64,000 bases of DNA from Epiperipatus broadwayi (Eukaryota; Animalia; Onychophora): contig JAQFVV010000008.1 of NCBI GenBank assembly GCA_028023455.1, positions 6,572,001 to 6,636,000 on the forward strand, read 5' to 3'. Of this stretch, positions 35,507 through 49,377 are shown piece after piece; the stretch's first letter is position 1, and every line of letters begins with the position of its first letter. The notes under the pieces were generated by a model. That model was not told where the DNA came from, did not search any database, and worked only from the letters and a program-made list of their open reading frames with translations. The translations under genes were made by a program, and so were the position numbers.

Positions 35507-38500
35507 TATTCATTGCAGTTTTGTGCTTGCATTTTAGACCTGAGATTTGACGTGAAAAAGATTCTTTTCTACTATAGTGAATTGTTTTAGACTGTATCTA
35601 AACATTTGATTTCAAGTGTTGCTTAATTATTCAACCTTACATTCTATATTAAACATTTTTTTTCTATCTTGAATGCTGAACTGTACAAATCGATAATTTT
35701 AACATTTGACTATATGGATTAGTGCTTCTGGTTTTCATAGGTTATCAGGGTGCTGAAACATGATTGACACTATTCAATATGCGATTTTAATGGATACATT
35801 ACTCTATGTACATCTTTGATTGCTCTATAGATCTAGAATTATATTGTGGTATAACACATAATGCAAGCATCTGGTTACTACATATATATTAAAGTTCTTG
35901 ATTTTGGAAAGTAATAATGAATTTTTTATTCAAGGCATTGGAAATCCTGGATATTTGGACTGTGATTTTAAATTAAGCAATTATTATGACATTGGATTGT
36001 AAACAGTTGTACCTCATCATATGGATTGTACTTCTAGTTTTCTCATTTGATTTTTTACCAATAGTTAAGAACCTCATGGATTAATGCTTCTAGTTTTTTA
36101 TAAGTTGTCTGGAAGCTGAAACATGATGGACAAAATTAAAGTTCCCAAAGAGTTCAACTGTGATTTGAACATTAGATTGGGGCTACTGTGTCACTCATTT
36201 TTGCAGTCTTGAGGACTGAGTTTGTTGCTTGGAGAGGGGCTGGGATGTGGGTGTATTGGGTTCTAGTATGGGCTTCAGATGAGAGAGTCTGGAAGTTGGG
36301 ATGTGAAGGGCTATGGGGATTAGTTTGGGCTTCATCTTTCTCATCTTCAGGGCAGTGGAGATGATGTGATGCATTGTGGATGGCAGGTTTTGATGCTTGG
36401 AAGGTCTCATAAGTCTGGGTTTTGGAGGGGATCTGGATGCTGTGGAGATTAGTAAGGGCATTGAATGAGAGAGTCTGAGCTTTGGAAATACCCCAAGGTC
36501 TTGTTCCTAGTCCTTGGGGGGGGGGGGGGCTGGGATATGGTTGCTGCAGGGATTAGTACGGATTTTCACTTTCTCATCTGGATGGTGGGGATGATGCGAT
36601 TCTTGGTAACAGTGATCTATCTAGTTGCCATTAAGGCCAAAAGTTACTTAGTAAACTATGAGAGAAGCTATGAATGGCAAGATATATGCATATACAATTC
36701 AAGGTTTTTCTGTTCACTCGGTAAATCAAGTTCTGCATTGTAAATCATAGTTTGAATCTTGTAAATCACTACATATAACATGTAAATTCAAAGATTAATA
36801 CTATGTTAATAAATTATATTTTGAGAAAAAGATTTATATTATATTTTATTGATTAGAACAAATATACATACATATTATACAATCAATAAATACAATTTGA
36901 CGTATAACTTAGTCAATAATGAGCTGATTGTGCCGAATGACTGGACTCATTTCCAACTGTATATATTAGTTTGTCTTGTGAGTTCTAGTCTTAACTCTTC
37001 CAGCTATACTGGACAGCTTGCCTCAAGTTTGTTAAATAACTCTTCCAGCTGTAGTAGACAGCTTGCCTCGAGTCTGCCTTAGTCGTAGCAACTTCCAGTC
37101 CTATCGGGACTTGCCTCATTATGTAGACATATCGGTAGTGAATATATTAGAAACACCTTCACTGTTGAAAGTGGTTTCAATGGAGAGTATATTCAAGTAA
37201 ACAGATGTTCTTTGGCTTGCCTTCAAAAAGGCTGACATTTATTGCCAGATCCCTCCATTACTGGCAGCAATCCAATTCAGGGAGCTTAACCAAGGGTAGG
37301 ATTTTATACACGTTTACACATTTGTCATACTTATGTTTCACCCTTTGGCAGATAAGGGAGGAATCTGGACTAGTCCACTTCTGATGGCAAGATCAGATAT
37401 GACAATTGTCCTATCCACCATTTACATTTTCTGCATCTTTAACTCCAAATGTATTTATTCCCCAGTTGCAATCTGTATAGCAGCTTCTTTTAATTAAATA
37501 TTTTGTAATGGGATTGTTTAATCAATCATATTTATTTTCTGATACAGCCATATTTTAAATTTTACTATTATTCACTCTTTGCCTTTTTATTCACCTATTA
37601 TTTCTTATTCTTTCAAAATGAACCTTCATTTCTGAAGTTGGTAAATTGTGATTAGAATGTTATCCCTAGATTGTGCACTTGAATACCTAATTCTATTCCA
37701 AAATACTTTTGAATAATCCATTGAAATTTATTTTTGTTGGATTATTTTCATAAAAATTTTCATCATTTTTAAGCAAGATATTCGTTACCATTTTATTATT
37801 CATATGAAAACTTATGTTCTTTTCCTATTTGTAATGTTTTTAATCTTTCCACAAGTTGGCATATAAATCTGAATAATTAGTTATATTGAGATAGATTTTA
37901 ATCTAATAAAATCAAATTATTTTTAAAACACTTGTTTATTCTGAACTTCTATACCTTCATTATTTTCTGACATTGATTGTTACAAATCATAACTATATAC
38001 TTATTGCATTTCCAAATGTAAAATTTGGAAGACAATGTTTGCATGCTGAAATAATTTTCCCATTGCTTTACTATAATTATTAATATTTTTAAAAAAATTT
38101 CCAGAACATTATTTTCTTATAAATCTGATATATAGAATTTAATTGATTCAGCCCTGCAAGATTGTTTTTAATTTATTAATAACTAAATATTTCCAGATGA
38201 ACATGTACATAAGTATATGTCAAGAAAAATGAATTTTGTTTTATAAAGAGAAAATATTTCAAATGCATTTTCTTTAATTGTTCTTAGAAAAAGACTTCAA
38301 CCACGAATTCCAGAGTTTTTTCAAACTTTAAAAGATTTGGAAGGTTTATGAATGTTATTTATCTATGAGCAAACATTCTTTTCAGGTAATATTTTATTTA
38401 AATTGTAATAATTTATAAAAGTGTATAATATGTTGCTTGAACATGTAGTATTTAAAAAAAATATTATTTATCACATTAATATACAATTTATTTCATATTT

Positions 38501-41269
38501 TGTATATATTCATGTCAAGTCTCAACAATATTAAAATGTGGAATCCTTCAGCATTTGCTTAACTAGATGTTATACATACCAAAAAAGAAAAGTACTATGC
38601 CAAAATTAAAATATTTCACATTTGTAGATACTTTTTAGTAATCAATTAATAAAAATGTAGAATATCATTATTTTAAAAAAATTTAACTCTAAAACTTTAT
38701 AATACTTTTATATTTAAATCTGCAACATATCACTTTTAATTTTTATAATTGAAAATTTCAAAAGTTCTGTTTCTCTATATGCTTATCTAAAGAAAACATG
38801 TTGTTTCTGTTTTTATATAATTTTTAAAATAATTAATATGATGCTCCAAACAAACTTTAATAATTTTTTTTTTAAATTTTCACTTTGATAAGTTATTGCT
38901 TCCAAGAAATAATGAATGTTTGTGATTTATTCTTATATATGGTGTTTTAAAAAAAAAATGTTATAAATTAACACACTATTTCCATATTTTTTTTCTTTAT
39001 ACCAAAAATTTAACTTTTTTTCTTTCTGTTTCCTAATATCTCTGCTATTTTATTTTTTTATTCTTATTTTCCAGTATTCAGAAACTTTTGGTTTTTTTTT
39101 AATTAAAGTTTTTCTTCCACTTTAAAATTTCTAGAATCTTTATTTGGATAGCATTGAATACAAATTAGTATTATTGGCTTGTTCATATTTCATCTGGTAT
39201 TTGATTTACTTAATCATTTCTCAGTTATTTTATTTTGCATTTTATCTAATTTTAATATTTTTAATGTTTATTTGAACACTCATATTTCATTTCTGTAACC
39301 ACTGCTTATCATCATCATTGACAGGCTTCTTTAAGATTTTTAATCCTTTGCTCTAATTTTTAAACACATATAGAAAATCTTTACTTTTAGATTGTCAATC
39401 AGCTTTTTTTTTCTACCTCTTATAATCCATAAACATTCCAAAATCTTTCACAACTATACAACATTTATAACTAATTTTATTAAATAATTATCTTAATAGT
39501 TCAACAGTGTTCTCGGCATTATTTGGTTCCAAACCATTGCATAATAAAACATCAACAAAAATAATTTTCAGAAAAAAAAATAGAATATATTACATTAATA
39601 ACATAATGCAGTTATAATAAAATACTTTCTTTAATTGTACTTAAGTCCTTGACTATAAATTCACAAGTTTTTTCAAATTTTAAAAGATTTTATTAAAAAA
39701 ATCTGTGAATGTGTTTATTCAATCTCCTTTATTCAAAAATAAGTAAACTTTATCCTGTGATAATGACTGTTTTAGGTAATCTGGGAGCATCAAATGATAC
39801 AGATGATGTAAGTATTTTCTCTTTGGAGAACTTGGATATTGAAAACTGATAAAATCTGTTTGAAAGTTATTTCTATATACTTTTAATTAATCAAAATAAT
39901 ATTACAAGATTGTAATACCCTCATTCTTGGTTTTTCCTCTTTATTTTTTTCTGCTATTGATGACTCATTAAACACTTGTAGCTTTTCATCTATTAAAACA
40001 TTTTTACAGCCTCCAAAATCAATAATGACCCCATATATATATAACATTCCAACATATATTAAGTTTTTTTTGGCTGTAATTCATCCATTGCTAATTTTAT
40101 AAATATTATTGCATCTATAATGGCTAATAATTTTTAGCATACCCAAATTTGATCAAGTATTAATCAAGTGTATGTGATCTTGAATAAAAGATTACAGTAG
40201 TGAAGTACTATTTGGAGGTAAAAATAAACTTTGAATTTAAACTTTTTCTGCTACAAGTGTTTTTTAATATTAGGAAGTTGCTGAATCATATTATATATAT
40301 ATATATAATGGGTGTGAATTATTACAAGAAGATTTTCATTCTCAGATCAATAAATAACTCTTTGATTATATGACCTAAAGCATTAACACATAGCATCAAG
40401 ATAAATCTTTCTAATTTACCTTAATCTTTTTTTAATCTACTTTACCATTTTGTGAATATACTTTTGATTATACAATCAAGTTTTATATCTTTTTTTTTTT
40501 TTCAAATTTTTAAATTCTACAAAATTGTGGCAGCAGCTTATCCTGCAATTTTGATGTTTTTAAATTTGTACCAATTTCTGAACCTATATGGTCATCCCCT
40601 ATTTATAATAAATGTCTCGAGATCTTTCTGTTCAGTGAATTCTTCACTGAAACCTTGTTTAAAGTTGGTGTTTTCTGATATTAGATATTTTTTTGTTCAT
40701 ATCCTATCTAATACATATTCAGTCTTCATAAATACTTATCAATATTGCAGATGTAACTTCAACAATTCTTTGAGCACATATAATCTTTAAACTCTCCTCC
40801 ACCCCACCCCTCTTTTTTGACTAACTTCAATATACATTTTTTTTTCATAACCAAATCAATTATTTTCATTTTCTCATAAAATATTTCAAAACCTGTCTTG
40901 GCAGAATTGCTATCTTCTTTGAGATCATTAGCAGAGAAATAACATGTGAAATGCTATTGCTGAAATTTCAAAAATGGAACTGTGTGAGGATGTAAGGCTT
41001 AAAAACATAAGGGACAACACATATAAGTAATATATGAGTGTGAAATTTACTGATTTCTTTTTTATTAATATTTTTTTAAAACTTTAAATTATCGAATCAG
41101 TACATTTTGAAACCAGGATAACATGATCAAATGATAAATATTATTTGACTAAAGATGGTTCCCTATTCTCATAAAATCAGACATAAATAAAAAATATTTA
41201 TATATATAAAGTTTACAAAAACATAAGTATTTTATTATTCAAAGTTGAGTAATAATTCAATTTATTGCA

Positions 41270-41850
41270 AGGAAAGTAAAGGGGGAAATATTTTTTTCAT
41301 TAGCAACAAACTGTTTACTTTTTCATTATACCTATCAAATAATATAAATAATTCAATCTAATGTTATGAAAGAAGGGGGAATATCTTTCATTAATTTCAT
41401 TAGCAACAAAATAATTTTATTCTTTTATTATATTTGAATTTAACTTAACGCTTTCAAAATATATATATTTCATGCCTTAGGTTAAATGGTATTTTTTTTT
41501 TTTTTCCATTAAAGATAAATTCTCTACACTCATAAAAATATTTGACATATATAAAATTTATAGAAATTATGCAAAACATATTTTGCCTGTATACAGTTGA
41601 ATAATTTATTCTACTGCAATGAAAAAAAGGGAAGAAATATCTTTTTCATTAATAGCAAACTATATTTCTTTATTATATCTATCAAAGTTAAATAATTCAT
41701 TTTAATGCTATTAAAGAGGGAGAAAATATCTTCCATTCATTTATTAGCAGCAAACTGTTATTTTCTCAGTCACAGTTAAATAATAATTCAATGTGCAATG
41801 ATTTCAAAAAAAAAGAAATATTTTTTTTTAATGCATTAGCATCAGAATAA
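41270..41850. repeat. Diverged minisatellite (about 95-bp unit, 4-5 partial copies)
   Basis: Recurrent gggaaatat(c/t)ttttcatta..agca.caaa...tatc.aa...aataattca. Confidence 0.55.
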
Positions 41851-44163
41851 ATTTATAAAAGTGCAGGGCAATGCTTTATAAAAATATTAATATGATCATG
41901 TTCTTTAAATATGATTATTCAGAAAAACACGATTTAATATATCACAATAAAGTTTTATAATTTTTTTAATTTACTTGTAAATCAAATTATATAAAAAATT
42001 GTGGATCAAGCTGAATTACATGAGTAAAGAATAAGAATCATCTGGATCACAAAATAACTGCTTATTCTGATTAAAAACCTGCTGTCTATAATAAAATTCT
42101 AATTCTTATATTTCTGATACTCTCTCCATATTCTGAGAATCATCTATGCCTTACTATTGTTTTAGACTTAAATGTATTTATTCTTAAATTTCCTATAAAA
42201 TGTATAAATCCTATTTAATATTTTATTAAATTCATTCCAGTTTTTGTAAAATAGATGAAATGAATTATACTACCCAATGCCAACTGCATTATCAAAATAG
42301 CCCCAACTTAGAAATTCATCAAAATAAACATTAAACAAAATAGAAGATATTCATCCTCTGTGTATTAATTCTTTGGTAAAATTGATTTCACGGAAACTTT
42401 AAATCATACATAAATTCCCTAATTATAATCTTTACATTTCTATTTTATTACATCAAATATCTTTTCAAGATTAATAAACATTCGTCTCTACTCATCAAAT
42501 ATCATTATATAAATATAAAAATAAAAAAAATAGAAGATAAAACAATCATATTGATTTTACATCTTTTCTATATTTCATCAATAAAACTTTAATCTTACAA
42601 AAACTTCAAATGACATACAAATTGCCCAATTGTAATCTATAAATATATTTATTCAATATTTATAGCAGTACTATACATGTGAATAAAATTTATTTCAAAA
42701 TACATGTTATTACATTGTGCCTTTTATTTAAAAGGAATTTAACTGTTGAAAAAAAGTTATTAGCCATCAAAGACATAAATTAAAACATCAAACATTTTAT
42801 CTCTGTAGCTTTCAGTAATTTAATTAATAGGAATTTCTTATCTCTGGGTTTGCTGTTCTTTCTCTCACCTAGAAGCTTTTACAATCTCATTCATTATTAT
42901 TTTTCATTCTTATTTATCCCACATTATTTTTTCTACTAGCATAAAATAGTAACTATTATTTATATCATACAAATTATTTAAATATATTCTTCCAACTTTT
43001 TAAATGCATGTGTTTGTAAGAACAATAAATTAAAACTAAAATTATTGGAAATAATAGTATATACGGAGTCTAAAAAGTGTTTATTATTGAATTGATATGC
43101 TATTATTTGAAAACACTGTTTGGAAAGAAAAATACTAAGGAACATAGATATGCACCCATGCTCAGAACAATGTAAGAATTACAGTAGAGTCAGTTTGTAA
43201 GAAAAACCTATATTACTTGCTTACTTATAGGACGAAAGTTTATAAAATGGATATTGTAGTCCAAATGTACATTCATTAATATCATATTGTGTGTATTTTT
43301 AAAATGAAATTATAATGTGTGTATACATAAACATATACTATTATCCATAGTATCATATATTCACAGGAAGGCTTGAAATCAAATGCAGTGGATAGAGGTT
43401 TCTTTATTTTTTAACCAGCTTTATTTCAAAGAACAATCATTCAGTCAATACTCAGGTGATATAAATTATTCTTTCCTAAATTAGAGAGAGAGAGAGCTCT
43501 GTGTTATATAAAAGCAATATATATATATTAATATCTACTAGTCTAAATAACAAATATGAATGTTTGAAAAGATAGAAATATAAATGTCACTTTTTTAATA
43601 TATTAAGTTATTCATTACAACTTCATTTATAATTTATCTCTTAATATATATATGTTTGTTTCAGATTATTCCAAAGAAACCTTCCTAAATTTCTGAAAAA
43701 ACAATATTCCTGATAATTTATGTATATAATTGTATAAAAAAAAGTTTTATATTTTTTATTTTGTTAAATATTATTAATAAAAAGTTCATTGAAATTTGAT
43801 AAATATTGCTTTTTGTTTTTAATTGATAATATATATGTAAATACTGTTTTTTACTACTTAATGAAATCAAAATTTTAAAATTTTTAGAATGCTTAATTTC
43901 TGTATCAACTCTAGTAATAACATCTAATAATTTCTATTCAAGAATTTTTATAAAAATTATATTTCATTTTTATGTACAATAAATTTTAAAAATCTTTAAT
44001 TAAAAATTTAAAATTTTGATGACAATAACCATGTGATGTTTAGTAGTTTATTAAAATATAGGGGATTTGAACACAGACTTTCAAGCATCCTTCAACTATC
44101 CACACATAATATCTCATACCACTGGTACACATGACCACACACATGTAGAAAAGAAAAATAATC

Positions 44164-44207
44164 ACCGATATATATATTTTGTGCTGAACCAGCACTCATC
44201 AATTGGT
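44164..44207 (-). ncRNA. Minimal type-I HHR motif (family 3), C3 and G12 mutated
   Basis: - strand: ACCAA-TTGATGA-GTGCTG-GTT-CAGCAC-AAAA-TATATATA/TCGGT. Confidence 0.55.
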
Positions 44208-44641
44208 CCAGATCATCATTTCTCACACACATATATATATAATCAGTGTCTTCATACTTTAATTGACAGGCTTCAATCTACTCCAACTTTTCAGCCATCC
44301 AAATGCCCAAATCCCATGCTGTTTGGCAATATTATTGTTATGCTTATGTAGAACTCAAGTCACTCTGATCCCTAGAAGAGGGATGAGCAGGATGCAGGCT
44401 TAATGTGTAATATATGAAATACAGGCATTCTTCATATATCTAGAGCTTAATTGTAAACATGGGCATAACAATAATATTGGCATCGGCATGGGATTTGGGC
44501 ATTTCATCATCAGATTTTTCAATGGTATGGATAGCTGAAGAATTGTAGTAAATTGAAGCCTATCCATTAAATTATGAAGATTTGCTATCTAAATATAAAC
44601 TGAGCACTGTTTATATATGTCTGTGAGAGATGATGATCTGG

Positions 44642-44685
44642 ACCTACTAATGAGTGCTGGTTCAGCACGAAATATGTATATCGGT
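44642..44685 (+). ncRNA. Minimal type-I HHR motif (family 3), core G5 mutated
   Basis: ACCTA-CTAATGA-GTGCTG-GTT-CAGCAC-GAAA-TATGTATA/TCGGT. Confidence 0.6.
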
Positions 44686-47337
44686 GATTATTTTATCTTT
44701 TCTACATGTGTGTGGTCATGTGTATAAGTGGTATGAGATAATGTGGATAGTTGAAGGATGCTTGAAAGTCTGTGTTCAAATCCCCTATATTTACAATTAA
44801 GCTCCAGGTATATGAATGCCTTTATTTCAAATATTGATTTTTTAGAATAAATTTACTATTGCAAGTTAAGAACAAAGTCCATTTATCTGAAAAGCTGTAA
44901 GCAAGAACAAATAATGAAAAGTGAAATTATTAAGAGTATATATATATTGATGTATGTTACAAAAGTAAAAAAAAAATCATGCATATACATTTTATTTGCC
45001 AAAATATAGGTTTAAATCATCCATTAAAGATAAATAATTTAATTTCTAACTTCTAAAACATTTTTTCTGAAAAAAAAAAAATTGATATTTCAAATGATTC
45101 CTATTATTTTAATAAAGTCATTTCTAAATTTATTGGCTCACATCATTTATAAAATACATGTAACACTTTTTTAAACAAAAAAATGATTTTTATCTGAGCT
45201 TTATTCCTATTTATAACATTTATTCTTTGTCATATCACCCTTTTCTTGCAGTTTAAAAAATCGCAATATATTTATCAATAAAAGGACTATTTTTCTAAGA
45301 TTAATCGTATTCTTTATAAGTACTCTGATGTGACATTAACCACAAGGATAAATGTTTTTAGCACAAGAGATATTTTCATCAACACTTATCTATAATTGCA
45401 TGTCTTTCTTGTCTCGTGTATAAAGTTTATATTAAGCCTTGTTTATTAATTTACATAAATATAACTACAATAAGTTTCTATGATACCTAGCAAAAAGACA
45501 GATCATTCATAAAACCAGAAAAGGTTTAGAAAAAAAATTTAAAAATGGAGAGAACTAGAAGCATAAGAATATGCTTATTATATATATATGAAAATTCATT
45601 AAAATGCTAAATGTCTTATGAAAATATTTTTTTTGTTAAGTAATGATTTAGAAGGTAGACAATTCTTGAAAAACATAAATGAAAAAAAAAAAACTTAGAA
45701 GTGAATGAGCTATAATTATATGAAAACCCTTTAGTAAAGAGAAACATCTATTATCAGAAAATGAAATTTGAAACTAAACGTGAAAATGCATTAGTTCAGC
45801 AAATAACTGCTAAAAAAAATAATAAATTGTCAAAGATAAAAATACGATTGTCTGCAATTATGAAGATGGATAAGACATTAAGAGAAAATAATATAATAAT
45901 ATGTTTACAGAAGAATCGATAACTTGATTTTTAGGAGAAAAAAATATTTTAAAAAATAAATAAAAACCCATAAATAAGTTGGTTCATATATTTCAAAGGC
46001 AGTGAAAATTATCTTTCTACATATCCAAAATTTTAAATTTCAAGGTCAATCAAAAAAAAAATCTGAAAAAAATAGATAAAATGACTATTAATCTCTGATT
46101 GAAATAATAATCACTAATTAAATAACAGTTGTCAAAAATACAAAATAATGAAAATATGTAATACAAATGTATCTCCAAGCATGTTTCTAATAATCAGAGT
46201 GGTGGATCAATAACATTCTTTCTAATATGTATCTAATTTAATATTTAGAATGTCAGCATTTCCTTGCTGCAATTTTTTTTTTCAGCTCATTCCATTTTAA
46301 CTGAATATTTTATAAAATCACAGCATAAAAAAGTGGAAAAATTGTACATGATGAAGGAAGAACTGCATATTCTGCCAGTGTTTAATAAAAATTACTCAAA
46401 GAAGAAAATATCAGAGTATGCCAAAATTACACACTTATAAGGAAAGATTCTCAATATCTTTAAAATTAATAAGAAAAATGACAAAGAAATTCTCCATAGA
46501 ATCACTTAAAAAGAAATATCGAATATTTTATATAAGCTTCTGCAATTTTAAATATAAAATATGACATCACTGGTAAATGCACTGCAAGTCATTTTGATAG
46601 ATAAATGGGAAGAAATTTATTGCTTATATCAGGCAAAAACCATTCACCTAACAATCAAAGAATTTTATATTTATGATACAAAGATAACTATTGTACTAGT
46701 GACTTATGTATGAATCTTGTGGAAACTGATTGAAAGACAAAATTATAAACGATCATACAATCAACCCCTCATTTAAAGAAATGATAACAACCAAAAACAT
46801 AAAAGTTAAGAAAAAATAAATGTTGATAATTCAAAAAATCTGACTAATACAAAACTATTAATGATTAGTCTGGAATTGGTAAATGATATGAACATATTAT
46901 TAAATGTAAAATATCAGTTAATTAATCTGCAATGACAAAATGAAAAACAAACAATTTACAATACTAATCTAATAAAAATTAAAAAAAAAATGTTAATAGA
47001 AAAAAAAAACACTACAAATTATAATAACTTTAAAAAAAAGGAAAATTCAATGCCTCCCCCCCCCCCCCATATCAATTACATTTCTTTCCAAGATTCTCTA
47101 GTGGATAGCATGAATAGATAATTACTCATGTTTTGTTTATTTATATATAGGTTTCTAAATGAAAAGGGGACTGGTTCTCTTTCAAAGTTGCCTGCAACAG
47201 CATCTCTGAATCAGTGTGTTATGTATCAACATAGTCTATTTATTTACCACAAAAATTTTAAGATGCCGGCAAGTTTGAATCAGGAATTATAACATAAAAT
47301 ATACTGTATTTTGTACCTTAACCCACAATGTGCTGAT

Positions 47338-47437
47338 ATTAAATTTTGTTTTATATTGGGCAAAACTGCTACTGAAATGTTTGAAATGCTATGACTTGCA
47401 AGATTTCATAATGGTAGAGAGAACACTGAAGACATTC
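47338..47437 (+). mobile_element. Mariner transposase N-terminal fragment
   Basis: IKFCFILGKTATEMFEML*LARFHNGRENTED matches the mariner HTH consensus IKFCFxLGKTATE...F..GRESxED. Confidence 0.7.
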
Positions 47438-48368
47438 TACAAAACACAATGTCACATTTTATTCCATAACTCAATCTAGACAAGCTATCAGTTTAAAATT
47501 TTTGTAGTGAAATGGTAATCTATATAAATACATAATGCATTGCTTGAGATTTCACACTTCAGGCAACTTGAAGAGAGAACTAATCATCTTTTCATTTGCA
47601 TATACATTCATCCATAAGTTGTAATTTAAAATTATTTTAGTATACATTCTTAATAATTAATAACAATAGAGATGCTTTTATATTTAAAATCAAAAGAAAA
47701 ATGTTTTTAGAATTCTTTTTGTTTGTGAAAAATTTTAGTAATCTATTTATTGGCAGATTCAATTGTTAAATCTTTTTTTAAAAAAAAACTAAATTTACTA
47801 TAGTCGGGGATTTCCCCACTAGTTTTATCTTAATGTAGCAGCGATCCTTTCTTGCCTCTCCTCTGATTTTATCAATTAGACATTTAAATATAAAATAATA
47901 CAAATATGAGAATTTTGTAATACTCTAAAAACAATATTGTACACTTTTTGTAAATAATGTATTGACAAAATGCAAAAAAATACTATTTCTAAATCATATG
48001 ATTGTACCACCAAGTGGCTTAAATATTAAATAAAAGCTGTGATTGCACTGTGTCAATACACATTACTTCAATTATATGCTACCCAAATAAAATATAAACA
48101 AGCAAATAATAAAAACATTAAAATTCTTAAATTTTACAAATATCTTGCAACATTCATTAATTCTAATGCAATTTATCAATTATGCTTCTGTTAAATATGC
48201 TGAAAATACAAGTATTTTTTTTTCCCTTTTTACTTCCAAAAGTTTGTTATACTATAGTATTTCAATTAATGAAATATTTTCTAAGCATTAAGAGAATTCA
48301 TACTTTTCTTAATAAGCAATAAAATGAAAGCAATTGATTTATAGTACATATTCAGAAATGTCCATATA

Positions 48369-49377
48369 CACCTGAGTCTCGTTTTATGTGATAGATAGGT
48401 TCCTCAGAAATCGTGCAAAAATAGACGTAACTTACCTTGAAAAAGGGGGGATACGGACTGTGATTTTTCGAAAATCACGTAAAAGCAAAGCACCAACGTA
48501 AAATTACTTTAAAATTTGCGCAAAAAAAAATAAGGAAATAAAATATGACTAATAAAAAATTGATACAAGATAAACTTTTTTTAACTATAATATTTAATTT
48601 TATTCAAAACAATATATTTTTATGCATAATTTACAGTAATTTACATTTTTTATACACATTTTAATTATTATCGCTATTTGCCGTTAAACAGGTTCGTTTG
48701 CAAACTGGTAAAAAATCAGATTCTTCACAAGAGGAAATACAACTAGCGCCAACGTCACTCTCATGTTGTGTTAATGGTTTTCTGGTGACAACATAATTAG
48801 TAATTAATCTAACAACTAAAAATTAAATTCTTATTTTTGTCTTTAATTTTGTGGATACTAAATCATTAATAATTGATTACATTCTTTTTTAAAAAGCAAA
48901 AACAGAATGTGATTTAAAATGCAAAATTAACACGCACAATGTTTGAACAAATTTACATTATAATCTTGTAAAATTTAATGTGTGTGTACATAAAATGTGG
49001 AAATCATGATTTTAATTTCATTATTGCATAAAATCTTACTATTATAAAGCACTGAAAATATTGAAATTACACAATGTTTGAACAAATTTACATTATAATC
49101 TTGTAAAATTTAATGTGTTTGTACAAAAAATGTGGAAATCATGATTTTAATTTCATTATTGCATAAAATCTTACTATTTTAAAGCACTGAAAATATTGAA
49201 ATTACTAAGATGAAAGTCGAATTTCAATAATGTGCTATTACTTTCAATATGACATAAGTGTGCGAAATTTATTATTTAAAGTAATAGCGCATTATCGGAG
49301 TTCGCCTTCCGGAGAAACGTGAATCGCGTAACTTCAAAATCGCATTAAATAAATCCGCGTAAAAAGAGACCCAGGTG
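48369..49377. mobile_element. MITE / non-autonomous Tc1-mariner-type element
   Basis: TIRs cacctg(a/g)gtctc.tttta(t/c)g with TA on both sides. Internal 135-bp tandem duplication (48935-49204) and subterminal hairpin at about 49211-49310. Confidence 0.8.

Larger units (their letters stand above)
44054..44820. repeat. Fold-back element (about 300-bp arms), each arm carrying a family-3 HHR motif
   Basis: 44054-44349 is the reverse complement of about 44457-44792. In addition, about 44425-44458 is inverted at about 44790-44820. Confidence 0.9.

Noticed and set aside
38288-38385. AG...GT-bounded exon-like segment (KRLQPRIPEFFQTLKDLE)
   Set aside because: Stops in all three frames between acceptor and donor; no recognisable protein.
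37480-40800. Possible L2/CR1- and R1/Jockey-like RT and endonuclease debris on the - strand
   Set aside because: Only vague motif echoes; too decayed to call or bound without a search.
43419-43720. Two exon-like pieces (43419-43455 and from about 43665)
   Set aside because: Splice-like signals only; peptides unrecognisable and cannot be joined into a supported gene.
47151-47290. Possible exon FLNEKGTGSLSKLPATASLNQCV after a tatag acceptor
   Set aside because: No convincing donor, homology or partner exons.
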